64,000 nucleotides of DNA from Macrostomum hystrix (taxonomy: Eukaryota; Animalia; Platyhelminthes), in NCBI GenBank assembly GCA_950097015.1, contig CATNEN010000005.1, positions 6,057,418 to 6,121,417 of the forward strand. The letters are read 5' to 3'. The translations under genes and the position numbers were made by a program. Positions 36,001-51,000 of this stretch are shown one piece after another (within the stretch, counting starts at the first letter, position 1; each line of letters starts with the position of its first letter). The notes below the pieces were generated by a model. That model saw nothing but the letters and a program-made list of their open reading frames with translations, had not been told where the DNA came from and searched no databases.

Positions 36001-39000
36001 TCACGGAGAGGAACTGAGAGGGGATTAGGGTGAGGAACTGAGAGGGGATTAGGGTTAGGAACTGAGAGGGAATCAGGGTGAGGAACAGAGAGGGGATCAG
36101 GGAGAGGAACAGAGTGGGGATCAGGGTCAGGAACTGAGAGGGGATCATGGAGAGGAACTGAGAGGGGATCAGGGAGAGGAACTGAGAGGGGATCAGGGAG
36201 AGGAACTGAGAGGGGATCAGAGGGAGGAACTGAGAGGGGATCAGGGAGAGGAACTGAGAGGGAATCAGAAAGAGGAACTGAGAGGGAATTGGGGTCAGGA
36301 ACTGAGAGGGGATCAGGGAGAGGAACAGAGAGGGGATTAGGAGAGGAAAGGAGTGGGGATTAGGAGAGGAACAGAGGGGATCAGAGAGAGGAACAGAGAG
36401 GGGATTAGGAAGAGAAACAGAGAGGGGATTAGGAAGACGAACACAGGGGATTAAGGAGAGGAACAGAGAGTGGATTAGGAAGAGGAACAGAGGGGATCAG
36501 GGAGAGGAACAGAGAGGGGATTAGGAGAGGAACAAAGAGGGGATTAGGAGAGGAACATAGAGGGGATTAGGAGAGAAACAGAGAGGGGATTGGGAGAGGA
36601 ACAGAGAGGGGATTAGGAGAGGAACAGAGGGGGATTAGGAGAGGAACAGAGGGGATTAGGAGAGGAACAGAGAGGGGATTAGGAGAGGAACAGAGAGGGG
36701 ATTAGGAGAGCAACAGAGAGGGGATTAGGAGAGGAACAGAGTGGGGTGATTAGGATGAGGAACAGAGAGTGGATTAGAGTGAGGAACAGAGGGGATCAGG
36801 ATGAGGAAAAGAGGGGATCAGAGAGAGGAACTGAGAGGGGATTAGGGTCAGGAACTGAGAGGGGATCAGGGAGAGGAACTGAGAGGGGATCAGGGGGAGG
36901 AACTGAGAGGGGATCAGGGAGAGAAACTAAAAGGGGATCAGGCAGAGGAACTGAGAGGGGATCAGGGGGAGGAACTGGGAGTGGATCAGGGAGAGAAACT
37001 GAGAGGGGATCAGGCAGAGGAACTGAGAGGGGATCAGGGAGAGGAACTGAGAGGGGATCAGGGAGAGAAACAGAGAGGGGAGTAGGAGAGGAACAGAGTG
37101 GGGATTAGGAGAGGAACAGAGAGGGGATTAGGAGAGGAACATAGAGGGGATTAGGAGGGGAACAGAGAGGGGATTAGGAGAGGAACAGAGTGGGGATTAG
37201 GAGAGGAACAGAGGGGATCAGGGAGAGGAACTGAGAGGGGATTAGGGTGAGGAACTGAGAGGGGATTAGGGTGAGGAACAGAGAGGGGATTAGGGAGAGG
37301 AACTGAGAGGGGATTAGGGAGAGGAAGAGAGGGGATCAGAGAGAGATACAGAGGGGATTAGGGAGAGGAACTGAGAGGGGATTAGGGAGAGGAACTGAGA
37401 GGGGATTAGGGTGAGGAACAGAGAGGGAATCGGAGAGAGGAACTGAGATGGAATTGGGGTCAGGAACTGAGAGGGGATCAGGGAGAGGAACAGAGAGGGG
37501 ATCAGTAAGAGGAACAGAGTGGGGATCAGGGTCAGGAACTGAGAGGGGATCAGGGAGAGGAACCGAGAGGGGATCAGGGGGAGGAACTGAGAGTGGATCA
37601 GGGAGAGAAACTGAGAGGGGATCAGGCAGAGGAACTGAGAGGGGATCAGGGAGAGGAACTGAGAGGGAATTGGGGTCAGGAACTGAGAGGGGATCAGGGA
37701 GAGGAATAGAGAGGGGATCAGGGAGAGGAACTGAGAGGGGATTAGGGTGAGGAACTGAGAGGGGATTAGGGTGAGGAACAGAGAGGGGATTAAGGAGAGG
37801 AACTGAGAGGGGATTAGGGAGAGGAAGAGAGGGGATCAGAGAGAGATACAGAGGGGATTAGGGAGAGGAACTGAGAGGGGATTAGGGAGAGGAACTGAGA
37901 GGGGATTAGGGTGAGGAACAGAGAGGGAATCGGAGAGAGGAACTGAGATGGAATTGGGGTCAGGAACTGAGAGGGGATCAGGGAGAGGAACAGAGAGGGG
38001 ATCAGTAAGAGGAACAGAGTGGGGATCAGGGTCAGGAACTGAGAGGGGATCAGGGAGAGGAACCGAGAGGGGATCAGGGGGAGGAACTGAGAGTGGATCA
38101 GGGAGAGAAACTGAGAGGGGATCAGGCAGAGGAACTGAGAGGGGATCAGGGAGAGGAACTGAGAGGGAATTGGGGTCAGGAACTGAGAGGGGATCAGGGA
38201 GAGGAATAGAGAGGGGATCAGGGAGAGGAACAGAGTGGGGATCAGGGTCAGGAACTGAGAGGGGATCATGGAGAGGAGCTGAGAGGGGATCAGGGGGAGG
38301 AACTGGGAGTGGATCAGGGAGAGAAACTGAGAGGGGATCAGGCAGAGGAACTGAGAGGGGATCAGGGAGAGGAACTGAGAGGGGATCAGGGAGAGAAACA
38401 GAGAGGGGAGTAGGAGAGGAACAGAGTGGGGATTAGGAGAGGAACAGAGAGGGGATTAGGAGAGGAACATAGAGGGGATTAGGAGGGGAACAGAGAGGGG
38501 ATTAGGAGAGGAACAGAGTGGGGATTAGGAGAGGAACAGAGTGGGGTGATTAGAAAGAGGAACAGAGAGGGGATTAGGGAGAGGAACTGAGAGGGGATTA
38601 GGGAGAGGAACAGAGAGGGGATTAGGGTCAGGAACTGAGAGGGGATCAGGGAGAGGAACTGAGAGGGGATCAGGGGGAGGAACTGAGAGGGGATCAGGGA
38701 GAGAAACTGAGAGGGGATCAGGCAGAGGAACTGAGAGGGGATCAGGGAGAGGAACTGAGAGGGGATCAGGGTGAGGAACTGAGAGGGGATCAGGGAGAGG
38801 AACTGAGAGGGGATTAGGAGAGGAACTGAGAGGGAATTAGGGTCAGGAACTGAGAGGGGATCAGGGAGAGGAACAGAGAGGGGATCAGGGAGAGGAACAG
38901 AGTGGGGATCAGGGTCAGGAACTGAGAGGGGATCATGGAGAGGAACTGAGAGGGGATCAGGGAGAGGAACTGAGAGGGGATCAGGGAGAGGAACTGAGAG

Positions 39001-42000
39001 GGGATCAGGGAGAGGAACTGAGATTGGATCAGGGAGAGGAACTGAGAGGGGATCAGGGAGAGGAACTGAGAGGGGATTAGGAGAGGAACTGAGAGGGAAT
39101 TGGGGTCAGGAACTGAGAGGGGATCAGGGAGAGGAACAGAGAGGGGATTAGGAGAGGAACATAGAGGGGATTAGGAGAGGAACAGAGAGGGGATTAGGAG
39201 AGGAACAGAGTGGGGATTAGGAGAGGAACAGAGTGGGGTGATTAGAATGAGGAACAGAGAGGGGATTAGGGAGAGGAACTGAGAGGGGATTAGGGAGAGG
39301 AACAGAGGGGATCAGAGAGAGGAACAGAGGGGATAAGGGAGAGGAACAGAGGGGGGATTAGGAAGAGGAACAGAGTGGGGATTAGGGTGAGGAACAGAGG
39401 GGATCAGGGAGAGGAACTGAGAGAAGATTAGGGTGAGGAACTGAGAGGGGATTAGGGTGAGGAACAGAGAGGGAATCGGAGAGAGGAACTGAGATGGAAT
39501 TGGGGTCAGGAACTGAGAGGGGATCAGGGAGAGGAACACAGAGGGGATCAGTGAGAGGAACAGAGTGGGGATCAGGGTCAGGAACTGAGAGGGGATCAGG
39601 GAGAGGAACTGAGAGGGGATCAGGGGGAGGAACTGAGAGGGGATCAGGGAGAGAAACTGAGAGGGGATCAGGCAGAGGAACTGAGAGGGGATCAGGGAGA
39701 GGAACTGAGAGGGAATTGGGGTCAGGAACTGAGAGGGGATCAGGGAGAGGAACAGAGAGGGGATCAGGGAGAGGAACAGAGTGGGGATCAGGGTCAGGAA
39801 CTGAGAGGGGATCATGGAGAGGAACTGAGAGGGGATCAGGGGGAGGAACTGGGAGTGGATCAGGGAGAGAAACTGAGAGGGGATCAGGGAGAGGAACTGA
39901 GAGGGGATCAGGGAGAGGAACTGAGAGGGGATCAGGGAGAGAAACAGAGAGGGGAGTAGGAGAGGAACAGTGTGGGGATTAGGAGAGGAACAGAGAGGGG
40001 ATTAGGAGAGGAACATAGAGGGGATTAGGAGGGGAACAGAGAGGGGATTAGGAGAGGAACAGAGTGGGAATTAGGAGAGGAACAGAGTGGGGTGATTAGA
40101 AAGAGGAACAGAGAGGGGATTAGGGAGAGGAACTGAGAGGGGATTAGGGAGAGGAACTGAGAGGGGATTAGGGTCAGGAACTGAGAGGGGATCAGGGAGA
40201 GGAACTGAGAGGGGATCAGGGGGAGGAACTGAGAGGGGATCAGGGAGAGAAACTGAGAGGGGATCAGGCAGAGGAACTGAGAGGGGATCAGGGAGAGGAA
40301 CTGAGAGGGGATCAGGGTAAGGAACTGAGAGGGGATCAGGGAGAGGAACTGAGAGGGGATTAGGAGAGGAACTGAGAGGGAATTAGGGTCAGGAACTGAG
40401 AGGGGATCAGGGAGAGGAACCGAGAGGGGATCAGGGAGAGGAACAGAGTGGGGATCAGTGTCAGGAACTGAGAGGGGATCATGGAGAGGAACGGAGAGGG
40501 GATCAGGGAGAGGAACTGAGAGGGGATCAGGGAGAGGAACTGAGAGGGGATCAGGGAGAGTAACTGAGAGGGGATCAGGGAGAGGAACTGAGAGGGGATC
40601 AGGGAGAGGAACTGAGAGGGGATTAGGAGAGGAACTGAGAGGGAATTGGGGTCAGGAACTGAGAGGGGATCAGGGAGAGGAACAGAGAGGGGATCAGGGA
40701 GAGGAACAGAGTGGGGATCAGGGTCAGGAACTGAGAGGGAATCATGGAGAGGAACTGAGAGGGGATCAGGGAGAGGTACTGAGAGTGGATCAGGGAGAGG
40801 AACTGAGAGGGGATCAGGGAGAGGAACTGAGAGGGAATCAGAGAGAGGAACTGAGAGGGAATTGGGGTCAGAAACTGAGAGGGGATCAGGGAGAGGAACT
40901 GAGAGGCGATTAGGGAGAGGAACTGAGAGGGGATCAGGGAGAGGAACTGAGAGGGGATCAGGGAGAGGAACTGAGAGGGGATCAGGGAGAGGAACTGAGA
41001 GTGGATCAGGGAGAGGAACTGAGAGGGGATCTGGGAGAGGAACTGAGAGGGGATCAGGGGGAGGAACTATGAAAGGATCAGGGAGAGGAACTGAGAGGGG
41101 ATCAGGGAGAGGAACTGAGAGTGGATCAGGGAGAGGAACTGAGAGGGGATCAGGGAGAGGAACTGAGAGGGGATCAGGGAGAGGAACTGAGAGGGGATCA
41201 CGTAGAGGAACTGAGAGGCGATTAGGAAGAGGAACAGAGGGGATCAGGGAGAGGAACAAAGAGGGGATCAGGGAGAGGAACTGAGAGGGGATCAGGGAGA
41301 GGAACTGAGAGGGGATCATGGAGAGGAACTGAGAGGGGATTAGGGTCAGGAACTGAGAGGGGATCAGGGAGAGGAACTGAGAGGGGATCAGGGGGAGGAA
41401 CTGAGAGGGGATCAGGGAGAGAAACTGAGAGGGGATCAGGCAGAGGAACTGAGAGGGGATCAGGGAGAGGAACTGAGAGGGGATCAGGGAGAGGAACTGA
41501 GAGGGGATCAGGGAGAGAAACAGAGAGGGGAGTAGGAGAGGAACAGTGTGGGGATTAGGAGAGGAACAGAGAGGGGATTAGGAGAGGAACATAGAGGGGA
41601 TTAGGAGGGGAACAGAGAGGGGATTAGGAGAGGAACAGAGTGGGAATTAGGAGAGGAACAGAGTGGGGTGATTAGAAAGAGGAACAGAGAGGGGATTAGG
41701 GAGAGGAACTGAGAGGGGATTAGGGAGAGGAACTGAGAGGGGATTAGGGTCAGGAACTGAGAGGGAATCAGGGAGAGGAACTGAGAGGGGATCAGGGGGA
41801 GGAACTGAGAGGGGATCAGGGAGAGAAACTGAGAGGGGATCAGGCAGAGGAACTGAGAGGGGATCAGGGAGAGGAACTGAGAGGGGATCAGGGTAAGGAA
41901 CTGAGAGGGGATCAGGGAGAGGAACTGAGAGGGGATTAGGAGAGGAACTGAGAGGGAATTAGGGTCAGGAACTGAGAGGGGATCAGGGAGAGGAACAGAG

Positions 42001-45000
42001 AGGGGATCAGGGAGAGGAACAGAGTGGGGATCAGGGTCAGGAACTGAGAGGGGATCATGGAGAGGAACTGAGAGGGGATCAGGGAGAGGAACTGAGAGGG
42101 GATCGGGGAGAGGAACTGAGAGGGGATCAGGGAGAGGAACTGAGAGGGGATCAGGGAGAGGAACTGAGAGGGGATCAGGGAGAGGAACTGAGAGGGGATT
42201 AGGAGAGGAACTGAGAGGGAATTGGGGTCAGGAACTGAGAGGGGATCAGGGAGAGGAACAGAGAGGGGATCAGGGAGAGGAACAGAGTGGGGATCAGGGT
42301 CAGGAACTGAGAGGGAATCATGGAGAGGAACTGAGAGGGGATCAGGGAGAGGTACTGAGAGTGGATCAGGGAGAGGAACTGAGAGGGGATCAGGGAGAGG
42401 AACTGAGAGGGAATCAGAGAGAGGAACTGAGAGGGAATTGGGGTCAGAAACTGAGAGGGGAACAGGGAGAGGAACTGAGAGGGGATTAGGGAGAGGAACT
42501 GAGAGGGGATCAGGGAGAGGAACTGAGAGTGGATCAGGGAGAGGAACTGAGAGGGGATCTGGGAGAGGAACTGAGAGGGGATCAGGGGGAGGAACTATGA
42601 AAGGATCAGGGAGAGGAACTGAGAGGGGATCAGGGAGAGGAACTGAGAGTGGATCAGGGAGAGGAACTGAGAGGGGATCAGGGAGAGGAACTGAGAGGGG
42701 ATCAGGGAGAGGAACTGAGAGGGGATCACGGAGAGGAACTGAGAGGGGATTAGGAAGAGGAACAGAGGGGATCAGGGAGAGGAACAAAGAGGGGATCAGG
42801 GAGAGGAACTGAGAGGGGATCAGGGAGAGGAACTGAGAGGGGATCATGGAGAGGAACTGAGAGGGGATTAGGGTCAGGAACTGAGAGGGGATCAGGGAGA
42901 GGAACTGAGAGGGGATCAGGGGGAGGAACTGAGAGGGGATCAGGGAGAGAAACTGAGAGGGGATCAGGCAGAGGAACTGAGAGGGGATCAGGGAGAGGAA
43001 CTGAGAGGGGATCAGGGTGAGGAACTGAGAGGGGATCAGGGAGAGGAACTGAGAGGGGATTAGGAGAGGAACTGAGAGGGAATTAGGGTCAGGAACTGAG
43101 AGGGGATCAGGGAGAGGAACAGAGAGGGGATCAGGGAGAGGAACAGAGTGGGGATCAGGGTCAGGAACTGAGAGGGGATCAGGGAGAGGAACTGAGAGGG
43201 GATCAGGGAGAGGAACTGAGAGGGGATCAGGGAGAGAAACTGAGAGGGGATCAGGGAGAGGAACTGAGAGGGGATCAGGGAGAGGAACTGAGAGGGGATT
43301 AGGAAGAGGAACAGAGGGGATCAGGGAGAGGAACAAAGAGGGGCTCAGGGAGAGGAACTGAGAGGGGATCAGGGAGAGGAACTGAGAGGGGATCATGGAG
43401 AGGAACTGAGAGGGGATCAGGGAGAGGAACTGAGAGGCGATAAGGAAGAGGAACAGAGGGGATCAGAGAGAGGAACAGAGAGGGGATTAGGAAGAGAAAC
43501 AGAGAGGGTATTAGGAAGAGGAACACAGGGGATTAGGGAGAGGAACAGAGAGTGGATTAGGAGAGGAACAGAGTGGGGATTAGGAGAGGAACAGAGAGGG
43601 ATTAGGAGAGGAACATAGAGGGGATTAGGAGGGGAACAGAGTGGGGTGATTAGAATGAGGAACAGAGAGGGGATTAGGGAGAGGAACTGAGAGGGGATTA
43701 GGGAGAGGAACAGAGGGGATCCGAGAGAGATACAGAGGGGATTAGGGAGAGGAACTGAGAGGGGATTAGGGAGAGGAACTGAGAGGGGATTAGGGTCAGG
43801 AACTGAGAGGGAATCAGGGAGAGGAACGGAGAGGGGATCAGGGGGAGGAACTGAGAGGGGATCAGGGAGAGAAACTGAGAGGGGATCAGGCAGAGGAACT
43901 GAGAGGGGATCAGGGAGAGGAACTGAGAGGGGATCAGGGTAAGGAACTGAGAGGGGATCAGGGAGAGGAACTGAGAGGGGATTAGGAGAGGAACTGAGAG
44001 GGAATTAGGGTCAGGAACTGAGAGGGGATCAGGGAGAGGAACAGAGAGGGGATCAGGGAGAGGAACAGAGTGGGGATCAGGGTCAGGAACTGAGAGGGGA
44101 TCATGGAGAGGAACTGAGAGGGGATCAGGGAGAGGAACTGAGAGGGGATCAGGGAGAGGAACTGAGAGGGGATCAGGGAGAGGAACTGAGAGGGGATCAG
44201 GGAGAGGAACTGAGAGGGGATCAGGGAGAGGAACTGAGAGGGGATTAGGAGAGGAACTGAGAGGGAATTGGGGTCAGGAACTGAGAGGGGATCAGGGAGA
44301 GGAACAGAGAGGGGATCAGGGAGAGGAACAGAGTGGGGATCAGGGTCAGGAACTGAGAGGGAATCATGGAGAGGAACTGAGAGGGGATCAGGGAGAGGTA
44401 CTGAGAGTGGATCAGGGAGAGGAACTGAGAGGGGATCAGGGAGAGGAACTGAGAGGGAATCAGAGAGAGGAACTGAGAGGGAATTGGGGTCAGAAACTGA
44501 GAGGGGATCAGGGAGAGGAACTGAGAGGGGATTAGGGAGAGGAACTGAGAGGGGATCAGGGAGAGGAACTGAGAGTGGATCAGGGAGAGGAACTGAGAGG
44601 GGATCTGGGAGAGGAACTGAGAGGGGATCAGGGGGAGGAACTATGAAAGGATCAGGGAGAGGAACTGAGAGGGGATCAGGGAGAGGAACTGAGAGTGGAT
44701 CAGGGAGAGGAACTGAGAGGGGATCAGGGAGAGGAACTGAGAGGGGATCAGGGAGAGGAACTGAGAGGGGATCACGGAGAGGAACTGAGAGGGGATTAGG
44801 AAGAGGAACAGAGGGGATCAGGGAGAGGAACAAAGAGGGGATCAGGGAGAGGAACTGAGAGGGGATCAGGGAGAGGAACTGAGAGGGGATCATGGAGAGG
44901 AACTGAGAGGGGATTAGGGTCAGGAACTGAGAGGGGATCAGGGAGAGGAACTGAGAGGGGATCAGGGGGAGGAACTGAGAGGGGATCAGGGAGAGAAACT

Positions 45001-48000
45001 GAGAGGGGATCAGGCAGAGGAACTGAGAGGGGATCAGGGAGAGGAACTGAGAGGGGATCAGGGTGAGGAACTGAGAGGGGATCAGGGAGAGGAACTGAGA
45101 GGGGATTAGGAGAGGAACTGAGAGGGAATTAGGGTCAGGAACTGAGAGGGGATCAGGGAGAGGAACAGAGAGGGGATCAGGGAGAGGAACAGAGTGGGGA
45201 TCAGGGTCAGGAACTGAGAGGGAATCATGGAGAGGAACTGAGAGGGGATCAGGGAGAGGAACTGAGAGGGGATCAGGGAGAGGAACTGAGAGGGGATCAG
45301 GGAGAGGAACTGAGAGTGGATCAGGGAGAGGAACTGAGAGGGGATCTGGGAGAGGAACTGAGAGGGGATCAGGGGGAGGAACTATGAGGGGATCAGGGAG
45401 AGGAACTGAGAGGGGATCAGGGAGAGGAACTGAGAGGGGATCAGGGAGAGGAACTGAGAGGGGATCAGGGAGAGAAACTGAGAGGGGATCAGGGAGAGGA
45501 ACTGAGAGGGGATCAGGGAGAGGAACTGAGAGGGGATTAGGAAGAGGAACAGAGGGGATCAGGGAGAGGAACAAAGAGGGGCTCAGGGAGAGGAACTGAG
45601 AGGGGATCAGGGAGAGGAACTGAGAGGGGATCATGGAGAGGAACTGAGAGGGGATCAGGGAGAGGAACTGAGAGGCGATAAGGAAGAGGAACAGAGGGGA
45701 TCAGAGAGAGGAACAGAGAGGGGATTAGGAAGAGAAACAGAGAGGGTATTAGGAAGAGGAACACAGGGGATTAGGGAGAGGAACAGAGAGTGGATTAGGA
45801 GAGGAACAGAGTGGGGATTAGGAGAGGAACAGAGAGGGATTAGGAGAGGAACATAGAGGGGATTAGGAGGGGAACAGAGTGGGGTGATTAGAATGAGGAA
45901 CAGAGAGGGCATTAGGGAGAGGAACTGAGAGGGGATTCGGGAGAGGAACAGAGGGGATCCGAGAGAGATACAGAGGGGATTAGGGAGAGGAACAGAGGGG
46001 GGATTAGGAAGAGGAACAGAGAGGGGATTAGGGTGAGGAACTGAGGGGATCAGGGAGAGGAACTGAGAGGGGATTAGGGTGAGGAACTGAGAGCGGATTA
46101 GCTTGAGGAACAGAGAGGGAATCGGAGAGAGGAACTGAAATGGAATTGGGGTCAGGAACTGAGAGGGGATCAGGGTGAGAAACAGAGAGGGGAACAGGGT
46201 CAGGAACTGAGAGGGGATCAGGGAGAGGAACTGAGAGGGGATCAGGGAGAGGAACTGAGAGGGGATCAGGGAGAGGAACTGAGAGGGGATTAGGAAGAGG
46301 AACAGAGGGGATCAGGGAGAGGAACAAAGAGGGGATCAGGGAGAGGAACTGAGAGGGGATCAGGGAGAGGAACTGAGAGGGGATCATGGAGAGGAACTGA
46401 GAGGGGATCAGGGAGAGGAACTGAGAGGCGATTAGGAAGAGGAACAGAGGGGATCAGAGAGAGGAACAGAGAGGGGATTAGGAAGAGAAGCAGAGAGGGG
46501 ATTAGGAAGAGGAACACAGGGGATTAGGGAGAGGAACAGAGAGTGGATTAGGAATAGGAACAGAGGGGATCAGGGAGAGGAACAGAGAGGGGATTAGGAG
46601 AGGAACAGAGTGGGGATTAGGAGAGGAACAGAGAGGGATTAGGAGAGGAACATAGAGGGGATTAGGAGGGGAACAGAGAGGGGATTAGGGAGAGGAACTG
46701 AGAGGGGATTAGGGATAGGAACAGAGGGGATCAGAGAGAGATACAGAGGGGATTAGGGAGAGGAACTGAGAGGGGATTAGGGTGAGGAACAGAGAGGGAA
46801 TCGGAGAGAGGAACTGAGATGGAATTGGGGTCAGGAACAGAGAGGGGATCAGTGAGAGGAACAGAGTGGGGATCAGGGTCAGGAACTGAGAGGGGATCAG
46901 GGAGAGGAACTGAGAGGGGATCAGGGGGAGGAACTGAGAGGGGATCAGGGAGAGAAACTGAGAGGGGATCAGGGAGAGGAACTGAGAGGGAATTGGGGGT
47001 CAGGAACTGAGAGGGGATCAGGGAGAGGAACTGAGAGGGGATCAGGGAGAGGAACTGAGAGGTGATCAGGGAGAGGAACAGAGAGGGGATCAGGGAGAGG
47101 AACAGAGTGGGGATCAGGGTCAGGAACTGAGAGGGGATCATGGAGAGGAACTGAGAGGGGATCAGGGGGAGGAACTGGGAGTGGATTAGGGAGAGAAACT
47201 GAGAGGGGATCAGGCAGAGGAACTGAGAGTGGATCAGGGAGAGGAACTGAGAGGGGATCAGGGAGAGAAACAGAGAGGGGAGTAGGAGAGGAACAGAGTG
47301 GGGATTAGGAGAGGAAAAGAGAGGGGATTAGGAGAGGAACATAGAGGGGATTAGGAGGGGAACAGAGAGGGGATTAGGAGAGGAACAGAGTGGGGATTAG
47401 GAGAGGAACAGAGTGGGGTGATTAGAATGAGGAACAGAGAGGGGATTAGGGAGAGGAAACTGAGAGGGGATTAGGGTGAGGAACAGAGAGGGGATTAGGG
47501 TCAGGAACTGAGAGGGGATCAGGGAGAGGAACTGAGAGGGGATCAGGGAGAGAAACTGAGAGGGGATCAGGCAGAGGAACTGAGAGGGGATCAGGGAGAG
47601 GAACTGAGAGGGGATCAGGGTGAGGAACTGAGAGGGGATCAGGGAGAGGAACTGAGAGGGGATTAGGAGAGGAACTGAGAGGGAATTAGGGTCAGGAACT
47701 GAGAGGGGATCAGGGAGAGGAACAGAGAGGGGATCAGGGAGAGGAACAGAGTGGGGATCAGGGTCAGGAACTGAGAGGGGATCATGGAGAGGAACTGAGA
47801 GGGGATCAGGGAGAGGAACTGAGAGGGGATCAGGGAGAGGAACTGAGAGGGGATCAGGGAGAGGAACTGAGAGGGGATCAGGGAGAGGAACTGAGTGGGG
47901 ATCAGGGTCAGGAACTGAGAGGGAATCATGGAGAGGAACTGAGAGGGGATCAGGGAGAGGTACTGAGAGGGGATCAGGGAGAGGAACTGAGAGTGGATCA

Positions 48001-51000
48001 GGGAGAGAAACTGAGAGGGGATCTGGGAGAGGAACTGAGAGGGGATCAGGGGGAGGAACTATGAGGGGATCAGGGAGAGGAACTGAGAGGGGATCAGGGA
48101 GAGGAAACTGAGAGGGGATCAGGGAGAGGAACTGAGAGGGGATCAGGGAGAGAAACTGAGAGGGGATCAGGGAGAGGAACTGAGAGGGGATCAGGGAGAG
48201 GAACTGAGAGGGGATTAGGAAGAGGAACAGAGGGGATCAGGGAGAGGAACAAAGAGGGGATCAGGGAGAGGAACTGAGAGGGGATCAGGGAGAGGAACTG
48301 AGAGGGGATCATGGAGAGGAACTGAGAGGGGATCAGGGAGAGGAACTAAGAGGCGATAAGGAAGAGGAACAGAGGGGATCAGAGAGAGGAACAGAGAGGG
48401 GATTAGGAAGAGAAACAGAGAGGGGATTAGGAAGAGGAACACAGGGGATTAGGGAGAGGAACAGAAAGTGGATTAGGAGAGGAACAGAGTGGGATTAGGA
48501 GAGGAACAGAGAGGGATTAGGAGAGGAACATAGAGGGGATTAGGAGGGGAACAGAGTGGGGTGATTAGAATGAGGAACAGAGAGGGGATTAGGGAGAGGA
48601 ACTGAGAGGGGATTAGGGAGAGGAACAGAGGGGATCCGAGAGAGATACAGAGGGGATTAGGGAGAGGAACAGAGGGGGGATTAGGAAGAGGAACAGAGAG
48701 GGGATTAGGGTGAGGAACTGAGTGGATCAGGGAGAGGAACTGAGAGGGGATTAGGGTGAGGAACTGAGAGCGGATTAGGTTGAGGAACAGAGAGGGAATC
48801 GGAGAGAGGAACTGAAATGGAATTGGGGTCAGGAACTGAGAGGGGATCAGGGTGAGAAACAGAGAGGGGATCAGGGTCAGGAACTGAGAGGGGATCAGGG
48901 AGAGGAACTGAGAGGGGATCAGGGAGAGGAACTGAGAGGGGATCAGGGAGAGGAACTGAGAGGGGATTAGGAAGAGGAACAGAGGGGATCAGGGAGAGGA
49001 ACAAAGAGGGGATCAGGAGAGGAGCTGAGAGGGGATCAGGGAGAGGAACTGAGAGGGGATCATGGAGAGGAACTGAGAGGCGATTAGGAAGAGGAACAGA
49101 GGGGATCATAGAGAGGAACAGAGAGGGGATTAGGAAGAGGAACACAGGGGATTAGGGAGAGGAACAGAGAGTGGATTAGGAATAGGAACAGAGGGGATCA
49201 GGGAGAGGAACAGAGAGGGGATTAGGAGAGGAACAGAGTGGGGATTAGGAGAGGAACTGAGAGGGATTAGGCGAGGAACATAGAGGGGATTCGGAGGGGA
49301 ACAGAGAGGGGATTAGGGAGAGGAACTGAGAGGGGATTAGGGAGAGGAACAGAGGGGATCAGAGAGAGATACAGAGGGGATTAGGGAGAGGAACTGAGAG
49401 GGGATTAGGGTGAGGAACAGAGGGGAATCGGAGAGCGGAACTGAGATGGAATTGGGGTCAGGAACTGAGAGGGGATCAGGGAGAGGAACAGAGAGGGGAT
49501 CAGTGAGAGGAACAGAGTGGGGATCAGGGTCAGGAACTGAGAGGGGATCAGGGAGAGGAACTGAGAGGTGATCAGGGGGAGGAACTGAGAGGGGATCAGG
49601 GAGAGAAACTGAGAGGGGATCAGGGAGAGGAACTGAGAGGGAATTGGGGTCAGGAACTGAGAGGGGATCAGGGAGAGGAACTGAGAGGGGATCAGGGAGA
49701 GGAACTGAGAGGGGATCAGGGAGAGGAACTGAGAGGGGATCAGGGAGAGGAACAGAGAGGGGATCAGGGAGAGGAACAGAGTGGGGAACAGGGTCAGGAA
49801 CTGAGAGGGGATCATGGAGAGGAACTGAGAGGGGATCAGGGGGAGGAACTGGGAGTGGATTAGGGAGAGAAACTGAGAGGGGATCAGGCAGAGGAACTAA
49901 GAGTGGATCAGGGAGAGGAACTGAGAGGGGATCAGGGAGAGAAACAGAGAGGGGAGTAGGAGAGGAACAGAGTGGGGATTAGGAGAGGAACAGAGAGGGG
50001 ATTAGGAGAGGAACATAGAGGGGATTAGGAGGGGAACAGAGAGGGGATTAGGAGAGGAACAGAGTGGGGATTAGGAGAGGAACAGAGTGGGGTGATTAGA
50101 ATGAGGAACAGAGAGGGGATTAGGGAGAGGAACTGAGAGGGGATTAGGGAGAGGAACAGAGAGGGGATTAGGGTCAGGAACTGAGAGGGGATCAGGGAGA
50201 GGAAGTGAGAGGGGATCAGGGGGAGGAACTGAGAGGGGATCAGGGAGAGAAACTGAGAGGGGATCAGGCAGAGGAACTGAGAGGGGATCAGGGAGAGGAA
50301 CTGAGAGGGGATCAGGGTGAGGAACTGAGAGGGGATCAGGGAGAGGAACTGAGAGGGGATTAGGAGAGGAACTGAGAGGGAATTAGGGTCAGGAACTGAG
50401 AGGGGATCAGGGAGAGGAACAGAGAGGGGATCAGGGAGAGGAACAGAGTGGGGATCAGGGTCAGGAACTGAGAGGGGATCATGGAGAGGAACTGAGAGGG
50501 GATCAGGGAGAGGAACTGAGAGGGGATCAGGGAGAGGAACTGAGAGGGGATCAGGGAGAGGAACTGAGAGGGGATCAGGGAGAGATACAGAGGGGATTAG
50601 GGAGAGGAACAGAGGGGGGATTAGGAAGAGGAACAGAGAGGGGATTAGGGTGAGGAAACTGAGTGGATCAGGGAGAGGAACTGAGAGGGGATTAGGGTGA
50701 GGAACTGAGAGCGGATTAGGTTGAGGAACAGAGAGGGAATCGGAGAGAGGAACTGAAATGGAATTGGGGTCAGGAACTGAGAGGGGATCAGGGTGAGAAA
50801 CAGAGAGGGGATCAGGGTCAGGAACTGAGAGGGGATCAGGGAGAGGAACTGAGAGGGGATCAGGGAGAGGAACTGAGAGGGGATCAGGAGAGGAACTGAG
50901 AGGGGATTAGGAAGAGGAACAGAGGGGATCAGGGAGAGGAACAAAGAGGGGATCAGGGAGAGGAGCTGAGAGGGGATCAGGGGAGAGGAACTGAGAGGGG